This document shows, piece by piece, positions 10,636 through 20,532 of a DNA stretch of 64,000 bases (position 1 is the stretch's first letter; each line of letters begins with the position of its first letter). The notes below the pieces were generated by a model, which was given only the letters and a program-made list of their open reading frames with translations, was not told the DNA's origin and made no database searches. The DNA is from a virus. The stretch covers positions 1-64,000 of IMG/VR virus record IMGVR_UViG_3300024264_000019. One strand, given 5' to 3'. Position numbers and translations under genes: made by a program.

Positions 10636-11750
10636 TTTATTTTTTTTATTTTATTATGCAGGTCAATATAAGTGCTATTAATAAACTCTCCCCTATCTTT
10701 TTTAAAAGATATCTGAGCTGCAATTAAAAGTAAAACAGCTAAAGGGTCAAAAACCACCATTATAACAACAATAATAAGCCTTACAGCTTGATCGTTTTCA
10801 AAGTTCTTACCTGTAGTATCAGTTATTAATCCAACTACATACTTTAATGGTCCAATCTCTGTTTCTAATAACATAATCTTTTCATCGAACTTCAACTTCT
10901 CTCTTTTTAGTTCTTGGATTTTACTTTCAGATTTAATAATTTCTTTTAAGTAATCTTCGTTTTCCCTCTCAATGTTTTCTTCTTTTACTATAGCTACTTC
11001 GCTTAATGTTTTTATAGATTTATATAAAACATTATATTCAGAGTTGTAATTATTTTTAATTTCTTCTATTTTATTTTTAATTAAGTTTAATTCTGCTTCA
11101 TTCTCTAGCCTCTTTTGACCTTGAGACTCTTTAATGTTTTTAATTTCTTTTTGTTTATTATAAAATAGTCCGCCTTTCCTTACCTCTATAGCGCTTAACT
11201 CTTGATCTAATCTTTCTTCAATTTCTTTAATTTTTTGAATTTTATTTTTTTCAAATTCAATATCTTTATTAAATTTATCTTCGAGCATTTTTATATTTTC
11301 CTGAATATTATTTTTTTGATTATTGGAACGGTCAATAGGGTTTAATGTTTTATTTTCATTATTAACTATATAGCCCTCATATTTTTTAATTAAGCTTTCC
11401 TCTGTTTTTATCCTTAACTCAAATTCTTCAATAAAAGTTCTTTCTTTTTCTGTTAAGTATTGGTGCTCCACATGAGATTTACTAAGAAACCCAAAAATAC
11501 CTAAACTAGTTATGCCCATTAAAACTAAAACGGAAAAAGTTAAATAACTCCTTAATAATAGTTTGGATTTTTTCCAATTCCTATGCAGCCATATTACAGT
11601 AATTACCTTAGCTATTTCTAGTATAGAAGCCATAATTATTACGGATTCCTTTTCTCCAGGAAATATTGTAGCTAAGCCAATAATACTAAAATAAGCGCCA
11701 ACAATAGATAGTGCTAGCGCTGTTGTTATTGTTATTAAAAAATAAAACAT
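10632..11750 (-). CDS. Membrane protein with a long coiled coil
   Basis: Three N-terminal TM segments, a coiled coil, and a C-terminal TM segment (VVFDPLAVLLLIAA). Confidence 0.7.
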   Translation of the reverse strand: MFYFLITITTALALSIVGAYFSIIGLATIFPGEKESVIIMASILEIAKVITVIWLHRNWKKSKLLLRSYLTFSVLVLMGITSLGIFGFLSKSHVEHQYLTEKERTFIEEFELRIKTEESLIKKYEGYIVNNENKTLNPIDRSNNQKNNIQENIKMLEDKFNKDIEFEKNKIQKIKEIEERLDQELSAIEVRKGGLFYNKQKEIKNIKESQGQKRLENEAELNLIKNKIEEIKNNYNSEYNVLYKSIKTLSEVAIVKEENIERENEDYLKEIIKSESKIQELKREKLKFDEKIMLLETEIGPLKYVVGLITDTTGKNFENDQAVRLIIVVIMVVFDPLAVLLLIAAQISFKKDRGEFINSTYIDLHNKIKKIN

Positions 11751-11812
11751 AATATTTATTACTATACACTTTTTGTTGATAAATTACTAATTAATTGTTA
11801 TTATGTAATTAC

Positions 11813-12202
11813 ATGCCTATATATATTTATAAACACCCAACTAAAGATCAACATATAGAAGTTATCCAATCTATGAATGAAGAGCATGTCTACTTCGATG
11901 AAGATAATCTTCAGTGGCAAAGAGTCTGGTCTAACCCTCAATTAAATTGTGAATCCAATATAGATCCATTTGATAATGTTTCATTTATAGAGAAAACTGG
12001 AAAAATGAAAGGTTCGTTTGGGGATGTTCAAGATTATTCCAAAGAACTGTCAGATAAAAGAAAAAATATGAATAATGGCGTAGACCCCGTTCAGCAAAAA
12101 TATTTTAATGATTATTCTAAAAAAAGAAAAGGAGCTAAACACGCTACTGAATTAAAACAAAGATCATGGGAAAACAAAAACTGGAAAGTAACATACGACT
12201 AA
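11813..12202 (+). CDS. FmdB-like protein (zinc-binding Cys residues absent)
   Basis: MPIYIY...EVIQSM N-terminus; start moved to ATG 11813, downstream of TTGATA-17-TATTAT. Confidence 0.5.
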   Translation: MPIYIYKHPTKDQHIEVIQSMNEEHVYFDEDNLQWQRVWSNPQLNCESNIDPFDNVSFIEKTGKMKGSFGDVQDYSKELSDKRKNMNNGVDPVQQKYFNDYSKKRKGAKHATELKQRSWENKNWKVTYD

Positions 12203-12203
12203 A

Positions 12204-12737
12204 ATGAGCATATCAATATATAAACCAAATTCTAAAAATACGGGATGCGCCTTTAGCTTCAGATACGGAGTTCAGAGAAATCAAGAACCCTGCTTATATG
12301 TAAACTCAATCAAACAGTATAGCTGGGACGATAGCAAAAAAACTGGAAGTTTCGGGTCTAATAGCGATAACCCATCCAAAAATCTATCAATAAAATTCAA
12401 CGAGTTTGAGTGTGGGTCCATACTGAGCGCTTTTGAAAACAGATATGAATATAATACCTTCCACAATTACGAAGGAAATAAAACAACTATAAAATTTTCC
12501 CCATGGGATAAACCCATGAAAGTTTCATCCTTAAATCGAAAAACTAAAAAATTTGAAGAGAGCTACTCAACGGTCCCAGCTTTTGGGGTCTCAATAACTA
12601 GGAATGGCTCTGACACTTTCAAAATTCCACTTGAACCTGGAGAGGTTGAGGTGGTATCTCAATTTATTAAAGTTATAATCAATAAAACTATCAATCATAG
12701 AATTGAAGCTCAAATAGCTAACGCAAAAAAAACTTGA
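12204..12737 (+). CDS. Hypothetical protein, possibly a PC4/Whirly-like nucleic-acid-binding fold
   Basis: 177-aa ORF with a repeated beta-strands-plus-helix pattern (IKFNEFE; IPLEPGE); fold call is weak. Confidence 0.4.
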   Translation: MSISIYKPNSKNTGCAFSFRYGVQRNQEPCLYVNSIKQYSWDDSKKTGSFGSNSDNPSKNLSIKFNEFECGSILSAFENRYEYNTFHNYEGNKTTIKFSPWDKPMKVSSLNRKTKKFEESYSTVPAFGVSITRNGSDTFKIPLEPGEVEVVSQFIKVIINKTINHRIEAQIANAKKT

Positions 12738-12768
12738 CATTACTTAAAAAATAAGCTAATATCATAGC

Positions 12769-13539
12769 ATGTCAAAAACAGAAACAATCGACAATTCATT
12801 CGGCCCTGATAATTTCAAAAGAGATGAGAATGGATTATTACAGAATGTTAAATACGTCTTCAATGAAGATGGTTCTATAAATTGGAGAGCTATGGTTAGG
12901 GAAGAGCATTTATTCCCAAATAAAGCTTGGTTTGAAAGGTTCAACAAGCCTTTGCCTAAAGTCATTAAAGGATTAAAAGATCACCAGCTACTCATAAAGC
13001 TTTCTGGAATTAAAGAGTTAGCTAGGTTAAGGGGGTTTAACTCTGTTTCTTATGAAACAGTAAAGTGCTCTTATGAACATGTAGCTGTAAAATGTAATAT
13101 TAATTTTATATCTAATTATGAAACTTTATCAGAAACCTCTTATGAAGACATGGCTAACGCAACAATTAATAATTGTAGCAGTTTTGCCGTTAAGTTTCTA
13201 GAAACAATAGCTTGCAACAGATCTTTTGTTAGAGCTGTCAGAAATTTCTTGAATATTCACATTGTAGGCTTAGACGAAATGGACACGTCTGACTCTAGTA
13301 AATCAAATGAAGCTACTGGAGCAAGCCTGTCTCCCTCCTTCTCTATAGATCAAACCTTAGAAAAATTCGCTAAAGATATTATTAACTGTCAAGATTTTGA
13401 ATGTTTTAAAGAGTACTTACTATCTCTTAAAGATACTAATGTTTATATTAATAGTGAAATACCTAACTGGGCTAGCTATAAAGATATACCAGCTAAGGAC
13501 TCTAGAATTTTATTAAAAATAATTAAAGAAAACTCTTAA
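12769..13539 (+). CDS. Putative ssDNA-annealing protein (Rad52/Sak-like)
   Basis: ETIACNRSFVRAVRNFLNI resembles the A..RA..RA.R helix of annealases; leaderless start after TTGACA-17-TAATAT. Confidence 0.45.
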   Translation: MSKTETIDNSFGPDNFKRDENGLLQNVKYVFNEDGSINWRAMVREEHLFPNKAWFERFNKPLPKVIKGLKDHQLLIKLSGIKELARLRGFNSVSYETVKCSYEHVAVKCNINFISNYETLSETSYEDMANATINNCSSFAVKFLETIACNRSFVRAVRNFLNIHIVGLDEMDTSDSSKSNEATGASLSPSFSIDQTLEKFAKDIINCQDFECFKEYLLSLKDTNVYINSEIPNWASYKDIPAKDSRILLKIIKENS

Positions 13540-13541
13540 AG

Positions 13542-14297
13542 TTGAAGGTTTTACTAATAGGAGAATCTTGCGAAGATGTATATTTTTTTGGTGAATGCAC
13601 GAGGTTAAGCCCAGAAGCTCCAGTTCCAGTCTTAGACTACTTTTGTAAAAAAAAATTCTTAGGCATGTCGGAAAATGTATTAAGAAACTTAAAAAGTTTT
13701 AATTTTAATTTAGACTTCATATCTAATAATCCAAGCCTTCTAGTTAAGGAAAGATATATTGATAAAAAATCAAAAAAACAATTATTAAGAGTTGATAAAG
13801 GTTTTAGCGTTAAACCCTTATCTTTAAACGCTAATGTTTTAAAAAAAATTAAAACAGCTGACTTAATTGTAATTTCAGATTACAACAAGGGTTTCTTAAC
13901 TCAAGAAATTTGCAAAAAAATTAATAAAAAAAGAAAAGGTTTTATGTTTGTTGATTCAAAAAAACCAGACTTGTCTTGCTTTGAGAATTGTTTTATAAAA
14001 ATAAACAATTTAGAGTTTTCCGTAAAACCAAAACTCCCAAAGAGATGCGACATGATTATAACTCAAGGTTCTAAGGGGGCCTTGTATAAAAATAAAAAAT
14101 ATAAAGCCCCAAAGGTTAATGTTCATGACGTTTCTGGAGCGGGAGATGTTTTTTTATCTGTTCTCTCTGGGGTTTTTATTAAAACAAAAAATATTAAAAA
14201 ATCAATAAGAGCAGCCGTTGAATTATCCTCTAAGTCTGTATCTTATTTTGGCAACTATCAAATATCTAAAAAAGATATTAGTCAATATATTTCCTGA
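13542..14297 (+). CDS. RfaE/HldE-type heptose-phosphate kinase domain (PfkB family)
   Basis: RLSPEAPVPV, ISDYNKG and DVSGAGD motifs; TTG start. Confidence 0.85.
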   Translation: MKVLLIGESCEDVYFFGECTRLSPEAPVPVLDYFCKKKFLGMSENVLRNLKSFNFNLDFISNNPSLLVKERYIDKKSKKQLLRVDKGFSVKPLSLNANVLKKIKTADLIVISDYNKGFLTQEICKKINKKRKGFMFVDSKKPDLSCFENCFIKINNLEFSVKPKLPKRCDMIITQGSKGALYKNKKYKAPKVNVHDVSGAGDVFLSVLSGVFIKTKNIKKSIRAAVELSSKSVSYFGNYQISKKDISQYIS

Positions 14298-14628
14298 TTA
14301 AAAAATATATTAATACTGGATAAGTAAAAAAAGCAAAAGGTATTACCATTAAATTAACATCAAGGTAAATAGCTATTACTCCAGAAAAAACTGCACCAAC
14401 CCAATGGCTAAAACATATAGGGCAAGTTATTAGTTCCCCAAGTATTCCCCAGTTTTTATAAACGTACTCATCAAAGTCAGTCGGAGTGTAAACCATTTTA
14501 TTTATACGCCTAAAGAAAAACCATACTTTTAAAAATTTAACTTTTAAAGTTGTTGTTTGCCATGTAAATATCCAATTTAATGCAGCTAGAAAACCCCAAA
14601 CATAAACCTCTATAATTTCTTGAACCAT
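14278..14628 (-). CDS. Small membrane protein, DUF1360-like, with CxxC
   Basis: ELITCPICFSHWVG motif plus hydrophobic segments. Confidence 0.55.
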   Translation of the reverse strand: MVQEIIEVYVWGFLAALNWIFTWQTTTLKVKFLKVWFFFRRINKMVYTPTDFDEYVYKNWGILGELITCPICFSHWVGAVFSGVIAIYLDVNLMVIPFAFFTYPVLIYFLIRKYID

Positions 14629-14640
14629 ATATTATATATA

Positions 14641-16197
14641 TTAATCATGAAAATGAATTATTCCACCAAATATATTGAAACCCTGAATCAAAGTTGTAAA
14701 ATTTAAATTTTCTTGGTAAGAGTCGTAATTTTTTATAGGATTGTAAATCATTGGTCCAGATCCACCTAAAGCAAATTGTACAGAATCCGCAACAAATACA
14801 TCCCCATTCCCTACAGCTATTGGTCCAGCTGATATAGAATACTCTGGATTATAAGATGTTGGATCTTGATCGATACTGCTTCTTGAAAAATCAGCACAAG
14901 ATGATGGAGACTCAACCCACCCCTTTCTGGAAGATATTATATTCCCAGAGTGGTCTAAAAAATACACACCGTTTTGCCACATACTCAAAACTATATAATT
15001 CTCATCAACTCCTATCCCTGTTGGGAATGTTCCTATTTGCTCTGGGCTTTTTATATTCTCGACGCCTCCCGAACAAGTTGCTAGTAAAGACCTAGAATTT
15101 AAAATGTAACTATTTCGTTGGTTTAATATTATAGCGCCGTAAGACCCTTTGAAATCTTGTAAGGTGTTAAAGTCAAAACAGTTAATAAAATCATCAAGAC
15201 ACCAAGGGTTGTTTTTGTATTGATCATCCTTAAATAATAAATTCCCATTTTTATAAACACTTCCTTGTACCCGATCTGGAAAATTAGATACAGCTGTAAA
15301 GAAAACGTCATCCCCTATTGCGTCAACAGCTGTGACTTGCTCATTAAAACCTATAGGATCATACTCAACTCTCGGAATTTTAGTGTCTGGATTGATAGTC
15401 ACCTTGGCTCCATAACACCCTCTCCGCGTACCAATAAAAACACGCTCAGATCCAGATTTCATATCTGTTACGTCTGAATTTAAATCTATTTTTTTAATAA
15501 AAGCTGACCCCACCTTACCTTCTAATATTTTAGATATTTTGTATACATAAACTCCATGCGATTGTTTTTTAATACTTAAAAGACTTTGGGTGTAAGATCC
15601 GTACTCTGGATAATTATTTGGATTTGGCGGTGGGGTATAACCACAAGTCCCTACGTAGAGGTATCCATTCAAACATGCTACTTTATTGGCAATCGTTCCC
15701 GAAAAAGATGCTACGTTTTTATATGTATTATTTTCTATATCGTAATACACAACATCCTGTCCTCTAGCTATAAATATAGATTTTGATGTGTAAAAATCAG
15801 CTCCATAAGATCCTGTAAAATTATCAAATCCATACCTTGTGCCTCTTCTATCACCACTCCAGTAATAATCACCAAACCTCCCCTGAAAAGATCTCGTATT
15901 TCCTCCGCTTCCATTAATATTTGTGTGAGCGGTTACACTTTTGTTTTTATACTTACTTATTATAACCCCAGCAGACCCGTGACAAGAAACTAAAAAATCA
16001 TCACTAACTCTTATATCGTAGGTGAAATTTGGATTCGCGCCACCCCCTAAACTTAGCACGTTCAGAGACTCAGTCCTAGAGGAAAAATATTCTGATTGTA
16101 AATACGGCTGTGAACTCGTGGAAGGATTTCCATAATATTTAATCCTACCATCAATAATCTCTCTTTCTTCAGGGCTGCAACAGTGGCCTACTCCCAT
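14641..16197 (-). CDS. Putative tail-associated beta-propeller-like protein
   Basis: Beta-rich repeats (GYLYVG, RVFIG, DVFFTA, DVFVAD); start placed at ATG 16197, right after the upstream stop at 16199 (track start 16272 overlaps that gene). Confidence 0.5.
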   Translation of the reverse strand: MGVGHCCSPEEREIIDGRIKYYGNPSTSSQPYLQSEYFSSRTESLNVLSLGGGANPNFTYDIRVSDDFLVSCHGSAGVIISKYKNKSVTAHTNINGSGGNTRSFQGRFGDYYWSGDRRGTRYGFDNFTGSYGADFYTSKSIFIARGQDVVYYDIENNTYKNVASFSGTIANKVACLNGYLYVGTCGYTPPPNPNNYPEYGSYTQSLLSIKKQSHGVYVYKISKILEGKVGSAFIKKIDLNSDVTDMKSGSERVFIGTRRGCYGAKVTINPDTKIPRVEYDPIGFNEQVTAVDAIGDDVFFTAVSNFPDRVQGSVYKNGNLLFKDDQYKNNPWCLDDFINCFDFNTLQDFKGSYGAIILNQRNSYILNSRSLLATCSGGVENIKSPEQIGTFPTGIGVDENYIVLSMWQNGVYFLDHSGNIISSRKGWVESPSSCADFSRSSIDQDPTSYNPEYSISAGPIAVGNGDVFVADSVQFALGGSGPMIYNPIKNYDSYQENLNFTTLIQGFNIFGGIIHFHD

Positions 16198-16198
16198 A

Positions 16199-16450
16199 TC
16201 ATCCTTCTTTCCAAGCTTGAGTTCCAAGTACATACATCTTATACTTTTCTCCATCCTCCGAACAATAATCAATTTTCCTAAGTTTTAATTCTAGTAGTGA
16301 TGGCTTGCTATCAACTGTTGGTAAGGGCTGAACTGATTCTCCAGAATCTATGTTAAACCTAAATTCACTGCCATCACTAGTTATTACTATATGAGACTCA
16401 CCATTATCAACGTACATTTTTACTAATTTACTTGCTTTTATATTCCTCAT
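16199..16450 (-). CDS. Hypothetical virion-associated protein
   Basis: 83-aa ORF coupled to the upstream tail gene. Confidence 0.6.
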   Translation of the reverse strand: MRNIKASKLVKMYVDNGESHIVITSDGSEFRFNIDSGESVQPLPTVDSKPSLLELKLRKIDYCSEDGEKYKMYVLGTQAWKEG

Positions 16451-18852
16451 TATCTTATCAGGTTTTGTAGTGATACTTTTGCAGCATCCATACCTCTAAA
16501 ATCTGGAGTGCTTGATTTTTCAGAAAAAGAATATTTTGCATTCATTTTTCCATCGTTAATTGTTATAGATAGAGCTTCTAAAAATTTCATTTGATTTTCT
16601 GTTAACGAGTACAACTCATTAACCAAGGAAAAAGAAATAGTTTCTATAAACGGCACTGAACCAGGTTGACCACAACTAAAACTAAAGGGAGGTCTTTTTA
16701 TGTAATTAACATTATTCTCTCTCCATAAAACTTTTGCCGCTTGCTCTTGATTATACGCTATTCCTTCGTACCAGGATAAGTTATTAACTTTATGAAATTT
16801 ATGTCTATTTAATTTGTAAGCTTGACTATCAGGCGGATCAATAAAGTGGGATTTACATTTTTGTATATGCTCTCTCCTTGATACTGCAATTTTTTCATTT
16901 ATTGTCTCTATCTGCTCTTGTTCCGTTAGAGAGTTTCTATTCTTTCTTAAATTATCCTCACCTAAAGCTGATTTATTTCCAGTATAAAAAGTGTCTGGGT
17001 CTCGAACGCCGCTCCAAAAAGCTCTTGCTCGCCCACCGTTTCTTTTTTCCCCATGTGTATTTATTGTATTAACTGCATTTTGATAAAGATTTTGAGCTCT
17101 CGTGTATAACGTTCCATATTTTACAGCAGCCACTCCGCCAAATTGAGTTCCGCCCTTCGCAAGTGTTGATGCTGATATGTCTATGAAGTTTTCAACTCCA
17201 TTTAGGTTAGCTTCCATTGGTATAGATGGGAATGGTATAGATCCATAATCCGCTAAAATAATTCCCTCATTTGGGTTGTCCGTGCCAACAAGAGAGGCTA
17301 TTGAAGTGCTAGCTCCCTCCCCAGTGAACCCAAACTCTCTTGCCTGGGTCTGCCCTGGAACGAATGATAAACTCGCGGTTCCAGTTATAGTCCAAGTCCT
17401 TGACCCCATCGGCTGAGGAGCTGTTCCGTAATTTTCAAAACCAAAAGTTTGGGGGAAATAATTATCTTTAGCATCGCCCTGTTGAGTTATTCCTTTGGTT
17501 CCTCCAGTATATTCATCCGCTCTCTTTGCATACCAAAATCTTCCATCATTTTCCCAAGCTGTAACAGCTTCGTCAAAATCAACATCTTGCATACCTGAAG
17601 CAAATAAAGCTTGTTTTGCTAATTCGATAAAATCTTCGTTTCTTAAAGCGTATTCAGCGTTTTTATACCACGTGTAACCCGCTAGGTGTTCCATATCATA
17701 TAATTCTGATACTCCAGGATCAACTGGATCTCCGTATTGTGAAATAGCGTAAGCTGCTCCCAGCTCTGTAAAAATAGGGTGGTGTTTAACTATATTCCAA
17801 GCTAAAGCGCTAACATTATACAGATGACCGAATTGCAATTTGCTAGTTAATCTGACATCTCCTGAGTGAAACGTTCCAGAGTTATTTACGTAATAATTAT
17901 TTGTTGTATTGGTTGATGTGTCTTGGTGATCTCTCCTATATCTACCAGGAGTTCTTGATATTAATTGATACTCCGTTTCGTATCCAGCGCTATAATCCTT
18001 AGTTATACTTGAGCTTGTTGCTGAATCTGGAACCGTAATACCATTAAGCGTTAACTTTTCCTTTGTTCCGTATCCTGAATCTATATTCAAGTACTTAATT
18101 CCATGTATTGAATTCGCTACAAATAACTTTCCAAATCTACTACCAATTGATGATAAAACGTCAAAATACGTGCCTGAATCATTAAATACTCCATCTATCG
18201 GACTGGTGTTTTTCACTAGCGGGAAAAAATTAAATAGCTCATGAGCCATGTAATAATATTCTCCAAACTCTACCATCGGGTCAGGCAGACCTGGGCTGTG
18301 ATTTTTAACGAATTCTTCTGGCGTAACGTTAAGAACATTTTCTGGAAGTCCATCATTATTTATAAATAACTTACCAGAATTTAATTTACTATAATAAGCT
18401 CTTAGGTAATTTCTATCAACTAGTATATTTTTAGGAACTCCATCGAATTTTGACATAGGTATTCCACTAATATTAAAAAACTCACGGCCTATAAAAGTAT
18501 CATAAAATCCATCTGCTGGTCCAGCTGCTATGAAACTTGTTGAATACTCCAACCAAATAGTATCAATTAATCTTACATTTGTGACTACCCCAGATGAAGA
18601 TTTATCTACTGAAACTGAAGCCACAGTCCAATTTGAGGGGTTCAATATTGGAATGCCCAACGTTTTAATATAATTTGTTATCTTAAACCCTAAGTCTTTA
18701 TAGTCATCAATCTCTCCAATCAGGGAAGCGTCTATTGTTGGACCTGAAGCTGGAGATAAATTCATATTTAACGAAACGAATCTCGAGCAGAATGCTTCAA
18801 TATTTTTCTTAGTGCAGAGCTGTGTTGGTGTTGGTGTTGGTGTTGTACTCAT
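16450..18852 (-). CDS. Putative tail protein (N-terminal TPTPTPT tract)
   Basis: 800-aa ORF downstream of the TMP in the tail module. Confidence 0.6.
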   Translation of the reverse strand: MSTTPTPTPTQLCTKKNIEAFCSRFVSLNMNLSPASGPTIDASLIGEIDDYKDLGFKITNYIKTLGIPILNPSNWTVASVSVDKSSSGVVTNVRLIDTIWLEYSTSFIAAGPADGFYDTFIGREFFNISGIPMSKFDGVPKNILVDRNYLRAYYSKLNSGKLFINNDGLPENVLNVTPEEFVKNHSPGLPDPMVEFGEYYYMAHELFNFFPLVKNTSPIDGVFNDSGTYFDVLSSIGSRFGKLFVANSIHGIKYLNIDSGYGTKEKLTLNGITVPDSATSSSITKDYSAGYETEYQLISRTPGRYRRDHQDTSTNTTNNYYVNNSGTFHSGDVRLTSKLQFGHLYNVSALAWNIVKHHPIFTELGAAYAISQYGDPVDPGVSELYDMEHLAGYTWYKNAEYALRNEDFIELAKQALFASGMQDVDFDEAVTAWENDGRFWYAKRADEYTGGTKGITQQGDAKDNYFPQTFGFENYGTAPQPMGSRTWTITGTASLSFVPGQTQAREFGFTGEGASTSIASLVGTDNPNEGIILADYGSIPFPSIPMEANLNGVENFIDISASTLAKGGTQFGGVAAVKYGTLYTRAQNLYQNAVNTINTHGEKRNGGRARAFWSGVRDPDTFYTGNKSALGEDNLRKNRNSLTEQEQIETINEKIAVSRREHIQKCKSHFIDPPDSQAYKLNRHKFHKVNNLSWYEGIAYNQEQAAKVLWRENNVNYIKRPPFSFSCGQPGSVPFIETISFSLVNELYSLTENQMKFLEALSITINDGKMNAKYSFSEKSSTPDFRGMDAAKVSLQNLIR

Positions 18853-18860
18853 TTTAAAAA

Positions 18861-20528
18861 TTACACAACAGAATCAAAATATTCCCTTGTTTCCGCTATG
18901 GACGCTTGGCTATTGTTTATATTATAACTTTTATTCTGCCCTATTTTTACTTTTTCTTCACTCGAGAAAAACTCTTGCTCCATGGTTAAGAAAATACTAT
19001 TTATTTTCTCAGTTAATTTATTCAACGCATTATCTTTATCATTTTCTTCATTACCAGTTTTGTTTATGTATTCACCAGATGCGTTAATTGATACAGAGCC
19101 CTTAGTGAAACCAGACCTCGTAACAGTATATTGATTCATACCTCCTCCGAAATTCATATCAACTGAATATTTTGGAGATCTCATATTCACCGAGGATGAA
19201 CATTGAAAATTTTTAAAATCTTCAGGTTTATCTTTATTTGAAAAATTATAATTAAATTTTATTTCACCGCCTTTTTGATTTTCTTCAATACTACTACTTT
19301 CAGGTTCGCCAAGTAATGTCACATTTGTTAAAAATTGATTTATCTCTTGTTGAGCCTCTTGATGAGCCCAGCTTTCGTATAATACTGAATCGTAAGGTTT
19401 ATTTATAAAATTTGAATGCACCAATCTCCATCTTTCCTCAATAGGCCCTTGTGCTAAAATTAATCCGTCTATTGATAAACTTACAACACTATCTTCCCCC
19501 ACGCTTATAGATGTATTTAATTGTGTAGAAACCCCGCACTCATTAAAACTATCATCATTATTAAAATTTAAAGAAAATGAAATTGTTCCAGCTCTCTCGT
19601 TTTCGTTAAAACTAATACTTCTTGGTATTCTATTGTACCCCTCATCCCCGTAAGCGTTAATTATTTCTTGATAGAAATCAATATCCTTAACTTGGTTCCT
19701 AACATCATTAAAATTAGAATCAATTCCAGCTGTTATTTCTCCACTAATTTCTATTTGGTTTATTCCACCAAAAGTACTCGACTTATTAATTGCATATCGA
19801 ACTACGCCAACATCATTCGAGGAGCCATTTTTATCTAATAAATAATTTTCTTGCACTTGTACAGAATTACTTATTCTGTCTATTTTTTCAGACTCAGAGG
19901 TTAATATTAGCGCAGCATTTTCAGATCCTAATGGTTTACTTGTGTTATTTCTTCCTCGAAAATTATCAACAAAATCAATGGCGTTTTGTAAAGCTGAGGA
20001 TATTTCCGTGTCATTCAACCCATTCAATTCTCCATCTTGAGTGTTAATACCATTTGCTGATATCGATCTTTGTATTGAGTAAACATCGTCTTCCATCTTT
20101 TCAATCGAAGTTGAGTTCACGGGTTTATCTATGCCGTAAAATTCGTTATGAGTTAATTCATCGTAGCATTCTATTTTTATTGAATATTCTAGTGTTTTTT
20201 TATAGTCTTGCTCTGGAAAAGAAATCTCTGAAATTATACAGAAATCTTTTTGTAATATTATTTCTCCATCTTCTTTAATTTCAAGTTTTTTAAAATCTTC
20301 AGAAAAAGCTTGAACCAGTTCATCTCTTCTTTGTTTCAAGAAGTTGAAGTAATCGCAATTTGCAATTTCTTCACTAAAATAAATCTGTCCATTTAATTCT
20401 ATTTTTTCTTTTACTCCCTTCTTGTCTCCAAAAAAAACATCTGATGTAGATCTTTTCACCTCGGGAGTTGGTAGATTTTTACTGGAAAAGAAGTCTGCGT
20501 TATTATAAAATATATTTACTTTTTTCAT
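18861..20528 (-). CDS. Putative distal tail/baseplate-type protein
   Basis: Repeated beta-rich units (GTISFSLNF, GEIKFNYNF); likely start is ATG 20528, after the upstream stop at 20533. Confidence 0.55.
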   Translation of the reverse strand: MKKVNIFYNNADFFSSKNLPTPEVKRSTSDVFFGDKKGVKEKIELNGQIYFSEEIANCDYFNFLKQRRDELVQAFSEDFKKLEIKEDGEIILQKDFCIISEISFPEQDYKKTLEYSIKIECYDELTHNEFYGIDKPVNSTSIEKMEDDVYSIQRSISANGINTQDGELNGLNDTEISSALQNAIDFVDNFRGRNNTSKPLGSENAALILTSESEKIDRISNSVQVQENYLLDKNGSSNDVGVVRYAINKSSTFGGINQIEISGEITAGIDSNFNDVRNQVKDIDFYQEIINAYGDEGYNRIPRSISFNENERAGTISFSLNFNNDDSFNECGVSTQLNTSISVGEDSVVSLSIDGLILAQGPIEERWRLVHSNFINKPYDSVLYESWAHQEAQQEINQFLTNVTLLGEPESSSIEENQKGGEIKFNYNFSNKDKPEDFKNFQCSSSVNMRSPKYSVDMNFGGGMNQYTVTRSGFTKGSVSINASGEYINKTGNEENDKDNALNKLTEKINSIFLTMEQEFFSSEEKVKIGQNKSYNINNSQASIAETREYFDSVV

Positions 20529-20532
20529 AAAA

